From NCBI GenBank assembly GCA_944351765.1, contig CALVPR010000002.1:1-63430 (forward strand): a stretch of 63,430 bases of DNA, written 5' to 3'. The notes below the pieces were generated by a model, which saw only the letters and a list, made by a program, of their open reading frames with translations, did not search any database and was not told the DNA's origin. The DNA comes from an uncultured Bacilli bacterium (GTDB lineage: Bacteria > Bacillota_I > Bacilli_A > RF39 > UBA660). Below are positions 47,950 through 57,408 of the stretch, in pieces (the stretch's first letter is position 1; every line of letters starts with the position of its first letter). A program made the position numbers and the translations under genes.

Positions 47950-49212
47950 ATGAAAAGGAGGAAAAAAATGAAAAAATTTTTCAAAAAATTTACTATTTTA
48001 TCATTCACTGCACTTACTTTAATATTTAACATTATTCCTGTTAATGCATCAGTTAACGAAAACAAAAATAATAAAGAATATGAAGAATATCTTGAACGAA
48101 ATTGGTCTATGGTTCAATTAGCTACAAAAGTAGAGAAAAAAATTAAAGATTACTATAATATAGAAAAAACTTATGAAGATGAATATCCATCTTACTTCGG
48201 TGGAATTTATATTAATGATGATGCTACGTCATTAATAATTCAAATTGTAAAAGAAAATATTCCATTAAATAATACAGAAGAATATAATTTTTATAATGAA
48301 CTTATAAATTTAGATAATAGTATTGAAATAGAATATGTTGAAAATTCATTTAATGCCTTAAATGATATAAATAATCATGTTGGTGCTTATATTATGTCAA
48401 AAGAATCTTATGATGATAATTTAACAGGTGCGTATATTGATGTAATGAATAACACAACTATTATTGAATTAGTTGATAATACTGAGGAACAGCAAGAAGC
48501 TATTATTAAAGAGGTCTTTGGCTTAACTAATTATTCTAAATTTAAAGCAAAATCAAATCAAAATATTGAGAATAGTTTAATTACTTTTAGAAAAAGTGAA
48601 GAAGCTTCTTCTCACCAAAATATTAATGCAGGAGCAGAGATTTCTGTTGGACAGTTTCTTTGTTCTATGGGATTTAGAACAACATATAATGGAAAAAAAG
48701 GTTATGTTACAGCAGGTCATTGTGTTAAGGGATTAAGCTCTGTTCAAGCTGGATATGTTAGATTAGCTCAATATTCTAATAATGAAAGATATGATTACGG
48801 ATTTGTAGAAACTTATTCATCATATACTCCTACAAATACTTTAGCATATTCAAGCGGCAATGTTACAAAATTAGGTTTGGTAAATTATTGCCCTGTAATT
48901 ACTGTAAATATGGAAATAGCTAAATCAGGTATGAAAACAGGGTACACTAGTGGAAAAGTACAAGGATTAAATCAAACTATTGAATACACAAAAAATAATA
49001 TAACTCTAAAAGGTATGGTAAAAAGTAATGTTAAATGTGATAATGGGGATAGTGGTTCACCAGTATTTATTCCTAGAACTGATGCTAATGGAGGAGCAAT
49101 ACCTGTTGGTATATTAAGTGGTGGTAGTACTGGAATTTTGGGAATAGGAAGAACTATGTATTTTACTGATATTAGTGATTTACCATCAGAACTTCAATCA
49201 GGAAGATATTAA
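47950..49212 (+). CDS. Secreted S1 (chymotrypsin-fold) serine protease with an alpha-lytic-type pro-region
   Basis: 420 aa. Signal peptide, a pro-domain-like YFGGIYINDDATSLIIQIV, TAGHC (His) and GDSGSP (Ser). Confidence 0.7.
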   Translation: MKRRKKMKKFFKKFTILSFTALTLIFNIIPVNASVNENKNNKEYEEYLERNWSMVQLATKVEKKIKDYYNIEKTYEDEYPSYFGGIYINDDATSLIIQIVKENIPLNNTEEYNFYNELINLDNSIEIEYVENSFNALNDINNHVGAYIMSKESYDDNLTGAYIDVMNNTTIIELVDNTEEQQEAIIKEVFGLTNYSKFKAKSNQNIENSLITFRKSEEASSHQNINAGAEISVGQFLCSMGFRTTYNGKKGYVTAGHCVKGLSSVQAGYVRLAQYSNNERYDYGFVETYSSYTPTNTLAYSSGNVTKLGLVNYCPVITVNMEIAKSGMKTGYTSGKVQGLNQTIEYTKNNITLKGMVKSNVKCDNGDSGSPVFIPRTDANGGAIPVGILSGGSTGILGIGRTMYFTDISDLPSELQSGRY

Positions 49213-49250
49213 TATAAACAGGAATAAATAAGAAAAAACAATTTTATTTT

Positions 49251-49295
49251 AATAGGGGCTGTATGAAATTATTCTGTTTCATAACAGCCCCTATT
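49251..49295. terminator. Strong bidirectional terminator
   Basis: aataggggctgtatgaaa / tttcataacagcccctatt, an 18-19-bp stem. Confidence 0.7.
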
Positions 49296-49552
49296 AAATA
49301 ATCTTTATCATATTTGTTTCTCCAATTCATCTTTTTCCAATAATTTATAATTATCATTATCTATTGCCTCTAATATATCAGAATAATTTATATTATCAAG
49401 TTTACTTAAAAAATTATTATCATTTGCATAACATTCTGCTAAAAAATATGCAATACTACTAGAGGATAAATTATAATATTCATCATTTAAATATAGATCA
49501 TATGCTATTTTCTGAATCTCTTTGACATTTCATCATCAAATAGTATTTCTCT

Positions 49553-49622
49553 ATTATTAGAAATAGTAATCTATTTTTTTTATTTTTTATACAAAAGAAA
49601 ATAGATTACTATTTCTAATAAT
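49553..49622. repeat. 25-bp perfect inverted repeat with a 20-nt spacer
   Basis: attattagaaatagtaatctatttt (49553-49577) / aaaatagattactatttctaataat (49598-49622). Confidence 0.85.
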
Positions 49623-49657
49623 CTAATTTAAAATTTAATTAAATATAATAAATTAAT

Positions 49658-50167
49658 TTAATCAATATATTCAGAATTAGCACATTGTTTTAAATTAACA
49701 TTAATATCCTTTAAGAACTCTTCAAGATATTTATTATTTTGTCCTTTTTTAACAACATATTTATAATGATATCCTTCTTCTATATATGGATTTCCAACTA
49801 TCATTTCATAGTCAAATGAATCATTATCTGAAGATGTTATATCATTTGCACTAACACTATTTTCTATTATTTTTTTTAAATCATAATTATATGTTCCCTT
49901 AATAGATTTTGTATATTTTAACGCCAAATTACAAGTTTCCAATGGTTTACAATCTTCATAAGCTGTAAATAATTCATAATTACCATCTGCATATAAATTT
50001 AGATAAATAGGCACACAAGATTCATTACCCATTGATATAGATAATATTGTTTCAGCATGGTCTGATAACGGTTCATCTCCTCCTAATTTATTTTTTGTAC
50101 TTCCACAACCTGAAATGCCAACTACCATAACCCCACATAATAAAATAGTTAATATTGTTTTTTTCAT
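49658..50167 (-). CDS. Lipoprotein, unknown function
   Basis: 169 aa. Lipobox VVGISGC. Confidence 0.55.
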   Translation of the reverse strand: MKKTILTILLCGVMVVGISGCGSTKNKLGGDEPLSDHAETILSISMGNESCVPIYLNLYADGNYELFTAYEDCKPLETCNLALKYTKSIKGTYNYDLKKIIENSVSANDITSSDNDSFDYEMIVGNPYIEEGYHYKYVVKKGQNNKYLEEFLKDINVNLKQCANSEYID

Positions 50168-50464
50168 AAATCCTCCTTATAACAAATATTATTTATCTAC
50201 TATTTTCTTCAATAAATATTATATCATTTTTAACACAAAAAAAATAGCCCTATACTAGCAACTATCTACTACTATTTACTAATTTGTCTCAAGAAGTAAG
50301 ATGTATAATCAATAAAGTAAAATGGTTCAACAACGAGAAAAGTTATAATCTCATTGCATATTAATAATAACATAAATCAACTTTTTTTATTAAATTTTTT
50401 CTATATATCTTTTTAAATATATTCTAAATAATTATTAATAAATCAGTAAAATTTAATAAAGAGA

Positions 50465-50494
50465 AATAAAAAAACATCAACAACAATTGTTGAT
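50465..50494 (-). terminator. Terminator just inside the ICE right end
   Basis: Stem atcaacaa (50476-83) / ttgttgat (50487-94). On the minus strand it is followed by a T-run (A-run 50465-74 on plus). Confidence 0.5.
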
Positions 50495-50530
50495 ATCTTG
50501 ATGGTTTTGTTATTAATTATAATAATTTCA

Positions 50531-51415
50531 TCATCCATAAAGGAAACAAGGTTCCGGAACTGCTACTACGATTACTGCAACACTTAAAGTTAACGCTTCA
50601 AGGAGATAACCAAATAAAAGAGGAATATTAGTTACAGTATCTATAATTTTAGTTATATTAAAGTTATTTTCAATTACTATGTTAGAAAATAGATAAGAAA
50701 TAGACACTAATATAGCAGCAATATAACCTAATTTACTTATCGTTTTAGCTAGTTTATTCAGTCTTAATTTAAGTGGAGATGGGAGTGCTTTTTCTTCTAA
50801 TTCACTAGCAAGTTTTCCATAAAGAGTATCTGCTCCTATTTTATTCACTTTCATTAAAGCATATCCATCATATACAACAGTACCCCTATAAACTAAATTA
50901 TTATCTTTGACATTATTTAAGTTAATTGCCTTTTCTTTATATTGTTCTTTAGTTTCTCCATTCATCATTGATTCATCTACAGTAATACTACCCGATACAA
51001 TTATTCCATCACTAGGTATCTTATCACCAGAAGATAAGAGGGCAATATCATCCATTACTACTTCATCTATGTTAATTTCTTCTACTTTTCCATTTCGTTT
51101 AACACGACATTTAATTTTAGAGGATTCTTCTTGGAGTCTAACAAAGGCTTTTTCTGAACCATACTCTGATATTGTTGAAATTAAAGATGCTACTAATATA
51201 GCTACTGCTATTCCTATTGTTTCAAATATATCAAAGTGTCTAAATAAAAATATTACTTTAACAGCTAGTACAATTAACAATATTTTAATAATAGGATCTC
51301 CTAAAGTTTCAATAAATAGATGAAAAAAGGTATTTTTTCTTGTTCTTATTATTTCATTAGTACCATATTTTTTTCTTTTTTCTATTACTTCATCGTTAGA
51401 TAAACCATTAGTCAT
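50531..51415 (-). pseudogene. P-type cation (Ca2+-type) ATPase, N-terminal ~1/3, truncated by the ICE
   Basis: Cation_ATPase_N-like start (LSNDEVIEKRKKYGTNE), TM1-2, the actuator domain, and TM3-4 ending ...LSVAVIVVAVPE. Six ICE-encoded codons follow (PCFLYG, then stop). Confidence 0.9.
50533..50560. other. Right ICE-chromosome junction (att site)
   Basis: ICE arm atccataaaggaaacaagg (50533-50551), core ttc (50552-50554), then host sequence cggaac... Confidence 0.75.
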
Positions 51416-51426
51416 AATATTCCTCC

Positions 51427-51534
51427 TTACAGTAAATAATATAAAAAAAAAGAATAATTAGACTATTAATTATCTTTCATATTTTGACAATTATTTAAAA
51501 AATTCTTTATATAAATTATTAAATATTCATAAAT
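51427..51534. repeat. ~108-bp direct repeat, copy A (partial copy of the 3' end and downstream region of the ferritin-like gene)
   Basis: Aligns with 59116-59205, with one ~19-nt and a few small indels. Shared strings are taaataatataaaaaaaagaataatta and attctttatataaattattaaatattc. Confidence 0.7.
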
Positions 51535-51556
51535 TAATCACTAGATTTTTCTATTT

Positions 51557-52108
51557 CTAATTATTGTTTAAAGTTTTAGATATTTCACTAAATAAATTTG
51601 TCTTTTTATTTACCTTAATAACATTTATACCCAAATTTTTAGCACCATTAACATTATTAATATTATCATCTAAAAACAATAATTCTTTAGGACTTAAATT
51701 AAATTTATTAAGAATATAGGTATAAAAATCTTGATTAGGTTTAACTTTATGAATTTCTGCAGAAATTAAAACATCATCTAAATAATCTATACAAAATGCT
51801 TCACCTATAAAATTTCTAACAAATGAAACATGATTAGTTGCTATAATAATTTTTACATTATTATATTTTTCTTTTATTTTCTTAAATAATAACTCATCTT
51901 TTACTTTATATAATTTATCGATTAACTCTTCAGTTTTTCTCATTAAAATTGAATCTTTTTCAATTATTTTTCTTGCTTCTGTTAAATAATCAGAATCATT
52001 GATATTATTTCCAAACATTCTTTCTAATCTATCTTCTTCTTCCGTTAAATTAATTTCTCCTTCCGTCACTAAAACTCCAACTAAATCAAATGCAATAACT
52101 TTAATCAC
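51557..52108 (-). CDS. HAD-superfamily hydrolase
   Basis: 183 aa. Motif I FDLVGVL, motif II-like ATNH, motif IV-like FLDDNINNVNGA. Confidence 0.7.
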   Translation of the reverse strand: MIKVIAFDLVGVLVTEGEINLTEEEDRLERMFGNNINDSDYLTEARKIIEKDSILMRKTEELIDKLYKVKDELLFKKIKEKYNNVKIIIATNHVSFVRNFIGEAFCIDYLDDVLISAEIHKVKPNQDFYTYILNKFNLSPKELLFLDDNINNVNGAKNLGINVIKVNKKTNLFSEISKTLNNN

Positions 52109-52261
52109 TTTACTTCTCCTCTATAAAAATATTCTATAAATTTAACACTTCATTCTTACTTTTTTATAACTTATATATTATCATTAACTAACACTTTTTA
52201 TTATCATTTATTTTTTCTTTATAAATAATAAATTGCACTCCTTATTTATTAATATTTTCTA

Positions 52262-52393
52262 ATTTTTTATTCAATATAGCAATTTTCCCATCATTAAAGA
52301 CTACGCCCTAGCTCCAAAACGATATCTTGGATTCTCCATTTTAATAGGTGTTATTTCAAAATCTTTATCAGTTAATACTTTAATATAATTCAA
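52262..52393 (-). pseudogene. 5' fragment of a NUDIX-hydrolase gene (paralog of 45276..45812), frameshifted and truncated
   Basis: Roughly 85-90% identical by eye to 45672-45812. Reads NYIKVLTDKDFEITPIKMENPRYRFGARA then stop, against MICIKKITDEDFGITSIKMVNPRQRFGARGIVFNDGKIAILNK in the ICE copy. Confidence 0.7.
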
Positions 52394-52445
52394 TCTAACA
52401 TCTCCTTTTTAATAATTTTAAAGTGATAGTATTAAGACATTACTT

Positions 52446-53339
52446 TTATATTTCTATTTCTATAATCAAATTATTATTTTTATATTTAGCATAAATATTA
52501 CCACCATTTAGTTCAATTAATTGTTTTGCAATCGATAATCCCAAACCTGAAGATTTACTACCTGTTTGTAATGTATAATATCTATTAAATATTTTCTTTA
52601 CATTAGTTATATTTAAAGATTTAGTTTTATTAGATATTATAATTTTCCCAGTATTCAATAGATTAACTTCTAAATTATCTTCTGAATACTTCAAAGCATT
52701 AGAAATAATATTTTCTAAAACTCTAACAAACATATTTTTATCTAGATATTTAAAAATTTTCTTTTCAACAATTAATATTTTAGGGGTAATTTTTTTTTGC
52801 TTAAATAACCCATAATAAGAAACCAAAACATCTTCTAGTATATCATTTATACAAACTTTTTCTTTTTTTATTTTATCTTTTAAATCTAAACATTTAGAAT
52901 AATCATATAATTGTTCAGTCAATGTTGTAAGAATATCAACTTTGTCGCTAATTATTTTTAAATAATTACTCTGTTTCTTATTTAAATTATCTTTTTCAAT
53001 TAAATCAATATATCCTTTAATAGCTGTTAAAGGTGTTCTCAAATCATGAGATATATTTGTTATAGACTTTTGTAATTCTTGATTACCATTTTTATATTTT
53101 TTTTCTTGTTTACGAAATTCATATATATATAAATTTAAATTATTTGCTAATTTTTTTAAATTTATGTTATTTGTAGAAATAGTTATTAAACGATTGGAAT
53201 CTTCTTTTAATATTTTTTCAATATTTGTTTCTATTTCTTTAATAGACAAGTTAATTATTACAATTTTACTAATCAAAAAGATTATAACGAGTATTAAAAA
53301 GATTATTATTAATATCCAATATATACTCATTATAATCAA
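52446..53339 (-). CDS. Sensor histidine kinase
   Basis: 297 aa. N-terminal TM, H-box ISHDLRTPLTAIKGY, N box, G2 box SSGLGLSIAKQLIELNGG. Confidence 0.85.
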   Translation of the reverse strand: MIIMSIYWILIIIFLILVIIFLISKIVIINLSIKEIETNIEKILKEDSNRLITISTNNINLKKLANNLNLYIYEFRKQEKKYKNGNQELQKSITNISHDLRTPLTAIKGYIDLIEKDNLNKKQSNYLKIISDKVDILTTLTEQLYDYSKCLDLKDKIKKEKVCINDILEDVLVSYYGLFKQKKITPKILIVEKKIFKYLDKNMFVRVLENIISNALKYSEDNLEVNLLNTGKIIISNKTKSLNITNVKKIFNRYYTLQTGSKSSGLGLSIAKQLIELNGGNIYAKYKNNNLIIEIEI

Positions 53340-53346
53340 TTCCTTT

Positions 53347-54117
53347 CTAATTTAATTCTTTCTTCTTAATAAGAATTATACCACATAAATTAATTATAAA
53401 AATCAAAAATATAGAATATAACCATAATATATTATAATTATCATTTAAATTAAGGATTTGTGTTGCTTGACCGTAAGGTAAAATATTTACAATAAAAGTA
53501 TAAATATTTTTAATTATTCCAGTAGCATTAGATATTTTTGCCATAACATTAGAAGTTATAATAATAGTCCATATAACTACAATTAGTGATAAAATTCCAG
53601 AATTAGATTTACTAGATATAGACATACATATAAATGTAAATAATGATGATATTACTATATTTAATAAAAATGAATCAAATAACAAAAAAATAAATTTATT
53701 AATAGAAATAGTTATATCATTTTCCAAAATCAACCCTATTATAATTGCAAATATAATATAAATTGCACTATATGCAATACTAACTAATATAGAAGTTAAA
53801 AGATTTGATAAATATATATTACTTCTTTTATGGCCATTTATTATTTTGTTCTTAATTGTTCCATCAGAATATTCAAAACCAATAAATATTGATATAAAAA
53901 TAGGTAATATTAGCCAATTAAAAGAATTATAACCAAAGAATACATTTCCAAGTTCATTGGTACAACCTGCACATGAAGATGGATTAACTCCATTATAATT
54001 AATATAAAGAAACATTGCCATTAGACCCATTATTAATAGTAACACCCAAAAAGTTATACTTTTTTTTAAGCGATAAAAATTTGCATTTAGTAATTTAATC
54101 ACGTCTATCACTTCCAA
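53347..54117 (-). CDS. ABC-2-type transporter permease
   Basis: 256 aa with 6 TMs. Overlaps the ATPase gene by 23 nt. Confidence 0.6.
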   Translation of the reverse strand: MEVIDVIKLLNANFYRLKKSITFWVLLLIMGLMAMFLYINYNGVNPSSCAGCTNELGNVFFGYNSFNWLILPIFISIFIGFEYSDGTIKNKIINGHKRSNIYLSNLLTSILVSIAYSAIYIIFAIIIGLILENDITISINKFIFLLFDSFLLNIVISSLFTFICMSISSKSNSGILSLIVVIWTIIITSNVMAKISNATGIIKNIYTFIVNILPYGQATQILNLNDNYNILWLYSIFLIFIINLCGIILIKKKELN

Positions 54118-55006
54118 TTAAATTAATATAATAATTTTCAAGAGTCTCATTATTTTCATGAATTTCTTCAATTATACATTTTCTCTTTGATAAATCTAAC
54201 ACAATTTCTGATATATTTACACTTCCGTAAATACTTATTTGGGAATTGTCATTAACTTCATATGATATACTTTTAATTTCAAAATATTTAACAGCTTCTT
54301 TTAAATTATTTACCTTTACAATTATTTTCTTTCTCATTTTTTGATTTAATTCATCTGCACTAATCTCACTTATAATTCTTCCATTATCTAAAAAGCCATA
54401 ATAAGTTGCTACTTTAGATAATTCATCAAGGTAATGACTAGATATCAAAATAGTTATACCTTTTTTATTTAAATTAAGTATTAATTCTCTTATTTCAATT
54501 ATTCCTTCAGGATCTAGCCCATTAATAGGTTCATCTAAAATAAGAAAATCAGGATTAGATGATAAAGCTATAGCAATACCTAATCTTTGTTTCATTCCTA
54601 AAGAAAAATATTTAACTTTCTTTGATCCTACATTTTGTAGACCAACAATTTTTAGCAAATAATCAATTTTATTTAAAGATGGAATACCAATATTTTTAAA
54701 TTGGACTATTAAATTATCTTTTGCAGACATATTTCCATACATAGATGGAGTTTCGACTATTGCTCCTATTCTATTTCTCTTATCTAAAATATTACTATCA
54801 TCATAAGGAACATTATATAGTGAATAAAAACCACTTGTAGGATTTTGTAAGCCTGTTATAATACGGATTAAAGTAGTCTTTCCACTTCCATTTTTACCAA
54901 TTAATCCATATATTGCACCTTTTTTAATAGTCATATTAAGATTTTTCAAAACACTGACATTTTTGTATCTTTTCTCAATACTATGTACTTCTAATACATT
55001 AATCAT
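54095..55006 (-). CDS. ABC transporter ATP-binding protein
   Basis: Walker A GKNGSGKTT, signature FSLGMKQR, Walker B LILDEP. Confidence 0.9.
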   Translation of the reverse strand: MINVLEVHSIEKRYKNVSVLKNLNMTIKKGAIYGLIGKNGSGKTTLIRIITGLQNPTSGFYSLYNVPYDDSNILDKRNRIGAIVETPSMYGNMSAKDNLIVQFKNIGIPSLNKIDYLLKIVGLQNVGSKKVKYFSLGMKQRLGIAIALSSNPDFLILDEPINGLDPEGIIEIRELILNLNKKGITILISSHYLDELSKVATYYGFLDNGRIISEISADELNQKMRKKIIVKVNNLKEAVKYFEIKSISYEVNDNSQISIYGSVNISEIVLDLSKRKCIIEEIHENNETLENYYINLIGSDRRD

Positions 55007-55086
55007 ATATACACTCCTCTCTAAAAATTATTTTACTAAAAAATAGTTAAGATAATAGTTAAAAAAAAGTTAAGATTTAGTTAAGA

Positions 55087-55752
55087 TTAATCATCAAAAA
55101 TTTTATAACCTATTCCCCAAACCGATTCAATATATTTTTTATTAGAAAATTTTTGAATTTTTTTCTTTAAATTACTAATATGAACTTTCAATGAATTTTC
55201 ATCACAATCAGGTGTATCAAAACTTATTAATTCAAGCATTTTATTTTTTGAAATTACTTTATTTGGTGAAAGCAATAGTTGTTTTAAAATAGCATATTCC
55301 GTTTTAGTTAAATTGACTTTATTATCACAAACATATAATATTCTGCTATCAATTGATAATTTTAATTCTTTGAATTTTAAATCATAATTATAATTATCTT
55401 TATTTCTTAATCTTGCTTTTACTCTTGCTAACAATTCTTCATTATTAAATGGTTTAGTAATATAGTCGTCTGCACCATTTAGCAAATTTTTTATTTTATC
55501 ATCTACTGAAATTTTTGCACTAATAACAACAATTGGAATTTGACTGAATTTTTTTATTATTTCTTCACCATTAACACTAGGTAGCATTAAATCTAATAAA
55601 ATCAAATCAATATTTTCTTTTTCAAGTATCATAATTGCTTCTGATCCTGAATAGGCATCCAATATTTTATAATGTTCACTTAATAAAATTTCTTTAATTA
55701 GATTATGAATACTTATATCATCTTCTACTATTAATATTTTTTTCATAAGCAC
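55087..55752 (-). CDS. OmpR-family response regulator
   Basis: Receiver domain (ILIVEDD...DLILLDLMLP...K) plus a winged-helix C-terminus (...IESVWGIGYKI). Confidence 0.9.
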   Translation of the reverse strand: MLMKKILIVEDDISIHNLIKEILLSEHYKILDAYSGSEAIMILEKENIDLILLDLMLPSVNGEEIIKKFSQIPIVVISAKISVDDKIKNLLNGADDYITKPFNNEELLARVKARLRNKDNYNYDLKFKELKLSIDSRILYVCDNKVNLTKTEYAILKQLLLSPNKVISKNKMLELISFDTPDCDENSLKVHISNLKKKIQKFSNKKYIESVWGIGYKIFDD

Positions 55753-55782
55753 CTCATTCTTTTATATAATTATAACACGTAT

Positions 55783-55861
55783 AATAAGAAATCATTTAAG
55801 TTTGTTGCACCTATTAGTGTTTATTTTAATTTTTACATTAAGATATAATTTAGACAAATTT
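55783..55861. pseudogene. ~79-bp internal fragment of a LysR gene (paralog of 46543..47436)
   Basis: aataagaaatcatttaagtttgttgcac...gtgtttattttaatttttacatta...gatataatttag matches 47009-47085 at ~90% identity. Confidence 0.7.
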
Positions 55862-55892
55862 CACATATAATAAAATCTATCAATTAATCTTT

Positions 55893-56792
55893 TTAAATAT
55901 ATAATAAAGGAAATCCTTGTTCTTCTAATTGATTTAAAGTATATTCTAAATCCATTCTATATAGATAATTACTATACTTTGTTACTTCGTTGTATATCTT
56001 ATGTAATTTTTCAAATCTATATACAAGTTTTAGTTCTATACCCTCAATATCTATTGTAATTTTTCTTTCTTTATTTACAAAAGAAAACAAATATTCATTA
56101 AACTTATTTAAATCATTTACTATAGAATTAATAATAACATCTTGATATTCATTATAAAATTTTATATATTTCTCTTCATCATTTAATATTTCTAATAATT
56201 CTTTTTTGGAATATAAATTAGCTATTTCATAGTCTTCAAATAATAATGAAATAAAATATTCATCAATATTCTTATTATTATATTTTAAATATAATTTATT
56301 ATAATCTTCTTTATTCATTACTCTTCTTTTTGTTTCATAATAATAGTATCCATCTTTTTTATAATAATATTTGTTATTATGAGAAATAAAGATATCGTCG
56401 CCTTTTGACAGTTTATTAAGTTTATATATAGTTCCAAACTCAAACATTTTTGAAATACTTAAAATAAGTTCTTCATCATTAGTTTTATTTATAATATACT
56501 TAAATATTGGAATATAGTCATAACTTATATAATCAAAAATATAATCTTCAATTGGAGTAAATTTTCCTTTTATATATCTTTCTTGATACCTAATTTCTTT
56601 ATATTTATGATTTATATTATCCATTGCATTAAAAGTTAATATAATAGAACCCATTGTATAATCTTTATAATTATCATACTCTTGTTTTTCTTTTTGAATA
56701 TAATCATTTAATATTATTCCTAGAATAGAACCTATAACTAATAATATACTAATTATTAAAAGTAAATTTTTTTTATTTTTTTTCATAATCAT
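55893..56792 (-). CDS. Membrane-anchored hypothetical protein
   Basis: 299 aa with an N-terminal TM, Y/N/K-rich. In an operon with the second ABC system. Confidence 0.4.
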   Translation of the reverse strand: MIMKKNKKNLLLIISILLVIGSILGIILNDYIQKEKQEYDNYKDYTMGSIILTFNAMDNINHKYKEIRYQERYIKGKFTPIEDYIFDYISYDYIPIFKYIINKTNDEELILSISKMFEFGTIYKLNKLSKGDDIFISHNNKYYYKKDGYYYYETKRRVMNKEDYNKLYLKYNNKNIDEYFISLLFEDYEIANLYSKKELLEILNDEEKYIKFYNEYQDVIINSIVNDLNKFNEYLFSFVNKERKITIDIEGIELKLVYRFEKLHKIYNEVTKYSNYLYRMDLEYTLNQLEEQGFPLLYI

Positions 56793-57408
56793 CTACTTCT
56801 TTTAAAATTCCTTTATCCATTTCATATATTTTATCACATAAAAGTTTTATATCTTCATAATTATGACTGGTTAAAAGTATAGTCTTTTTTTGTTTTTTAT
56901 ACTGTAAAATAATATTTCTAAAATGATTAACACTATCTTTATCTAATCCATTAAATGGTTCATCTAATATTAATATTTCACTATCATACATAAGGGCATT
57001 TGCTAATTTTAATTTTTGTTTCATCCCCATTGAATAATTTTTATATTTTGTTTTATTGTATGGATCTAATCCTACTAAATTTAATATTTCATATATTTTA
57101 TCTTCTTTTATTTTAACTCCTAGTTGTGATAATAATTTTAAATTATAAAATCCTGTTTCATCACTTAGAAAATTACTATCAATTAATACTCCTAATTTTT
57201 CAGCATTACTTTTATTAGAATTAATAGTAATATTACCACTTGTAGGTATATATAAACCACATATCATCTTTAATAAAACAGTTTTACCACTTCCATTTCT
57301 ACCCACAATTCCTATTGTTTCTCCTTGTTTTACATTTAATATAAGAGATTCTACAATTATTTTATCATCGAACTTCTTTGTTACATTTTTTACTTCTATT
57401 ATGTTCAT
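56773..57408 (-). CDS. ABC transporter ATP-binding protein
   Basis: Walker A GRNGSGKTV, signature YSMGMKQK, Walker B LILDEP. Confidence 0.85.
   Translation of the reverse strand: MNIIEVKNVTKKFDDKIIVESLILNVKQGETIGIVGRNGSGKTVLLKMICGLYIPTSGNITINSNKSNAEKLGVLIDSNFLSDETGFYNLKLLSQLGVKIKEDKIYEILNLVGLDPYNKTKYKNYSMGMKQKLKLANALMYDSEILILDEPFNGLDKDSVNHFRNIILQYKKQKKTILLTSHNYEDIKLLCDKIYEMDKGILKEVDDYEKK

Larger units (their letters stand above)
15453..50554. mobile_element. Integrative conjugative element (~35.1 kb), serine-recombinase type, Gram-positive (Prg/Tcp-like) T4SS
   Basis: Bounded by the two halves of one ATPase gene. Carries a recombinase, relaxase, T4CP, VirB4, VirB3-like and VirB6-like proteins, a hydrolase, and an adhesin with its sortase. 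No phage structural genes. Confidence 0.85.

Noticed and set aside
49308-49529. A 73-codon open frame on the minus strand (NVKEIQKIAYDLYLNDEYYNLSSSSIAYFLAECYAND...).
   Set aside because: It is preceded by TGA TGA, has no start codon or RBS, and has no recognisable domain. It is probably the 3' remnant of a lost gene, but that cannot be supported.
15453-50554. Prophage interpretation of the inserted element (serine integrase, XRE/Cro-like switch, BRO-like gene nearby).
   Set aside because: There are no terminase, portal, capsid, tail or holin-like ORFs. Instead there is a full conjugation set (relaxase, T4CP, VirB4, VirB3/6-like proteins, hydrolase, adhesin).
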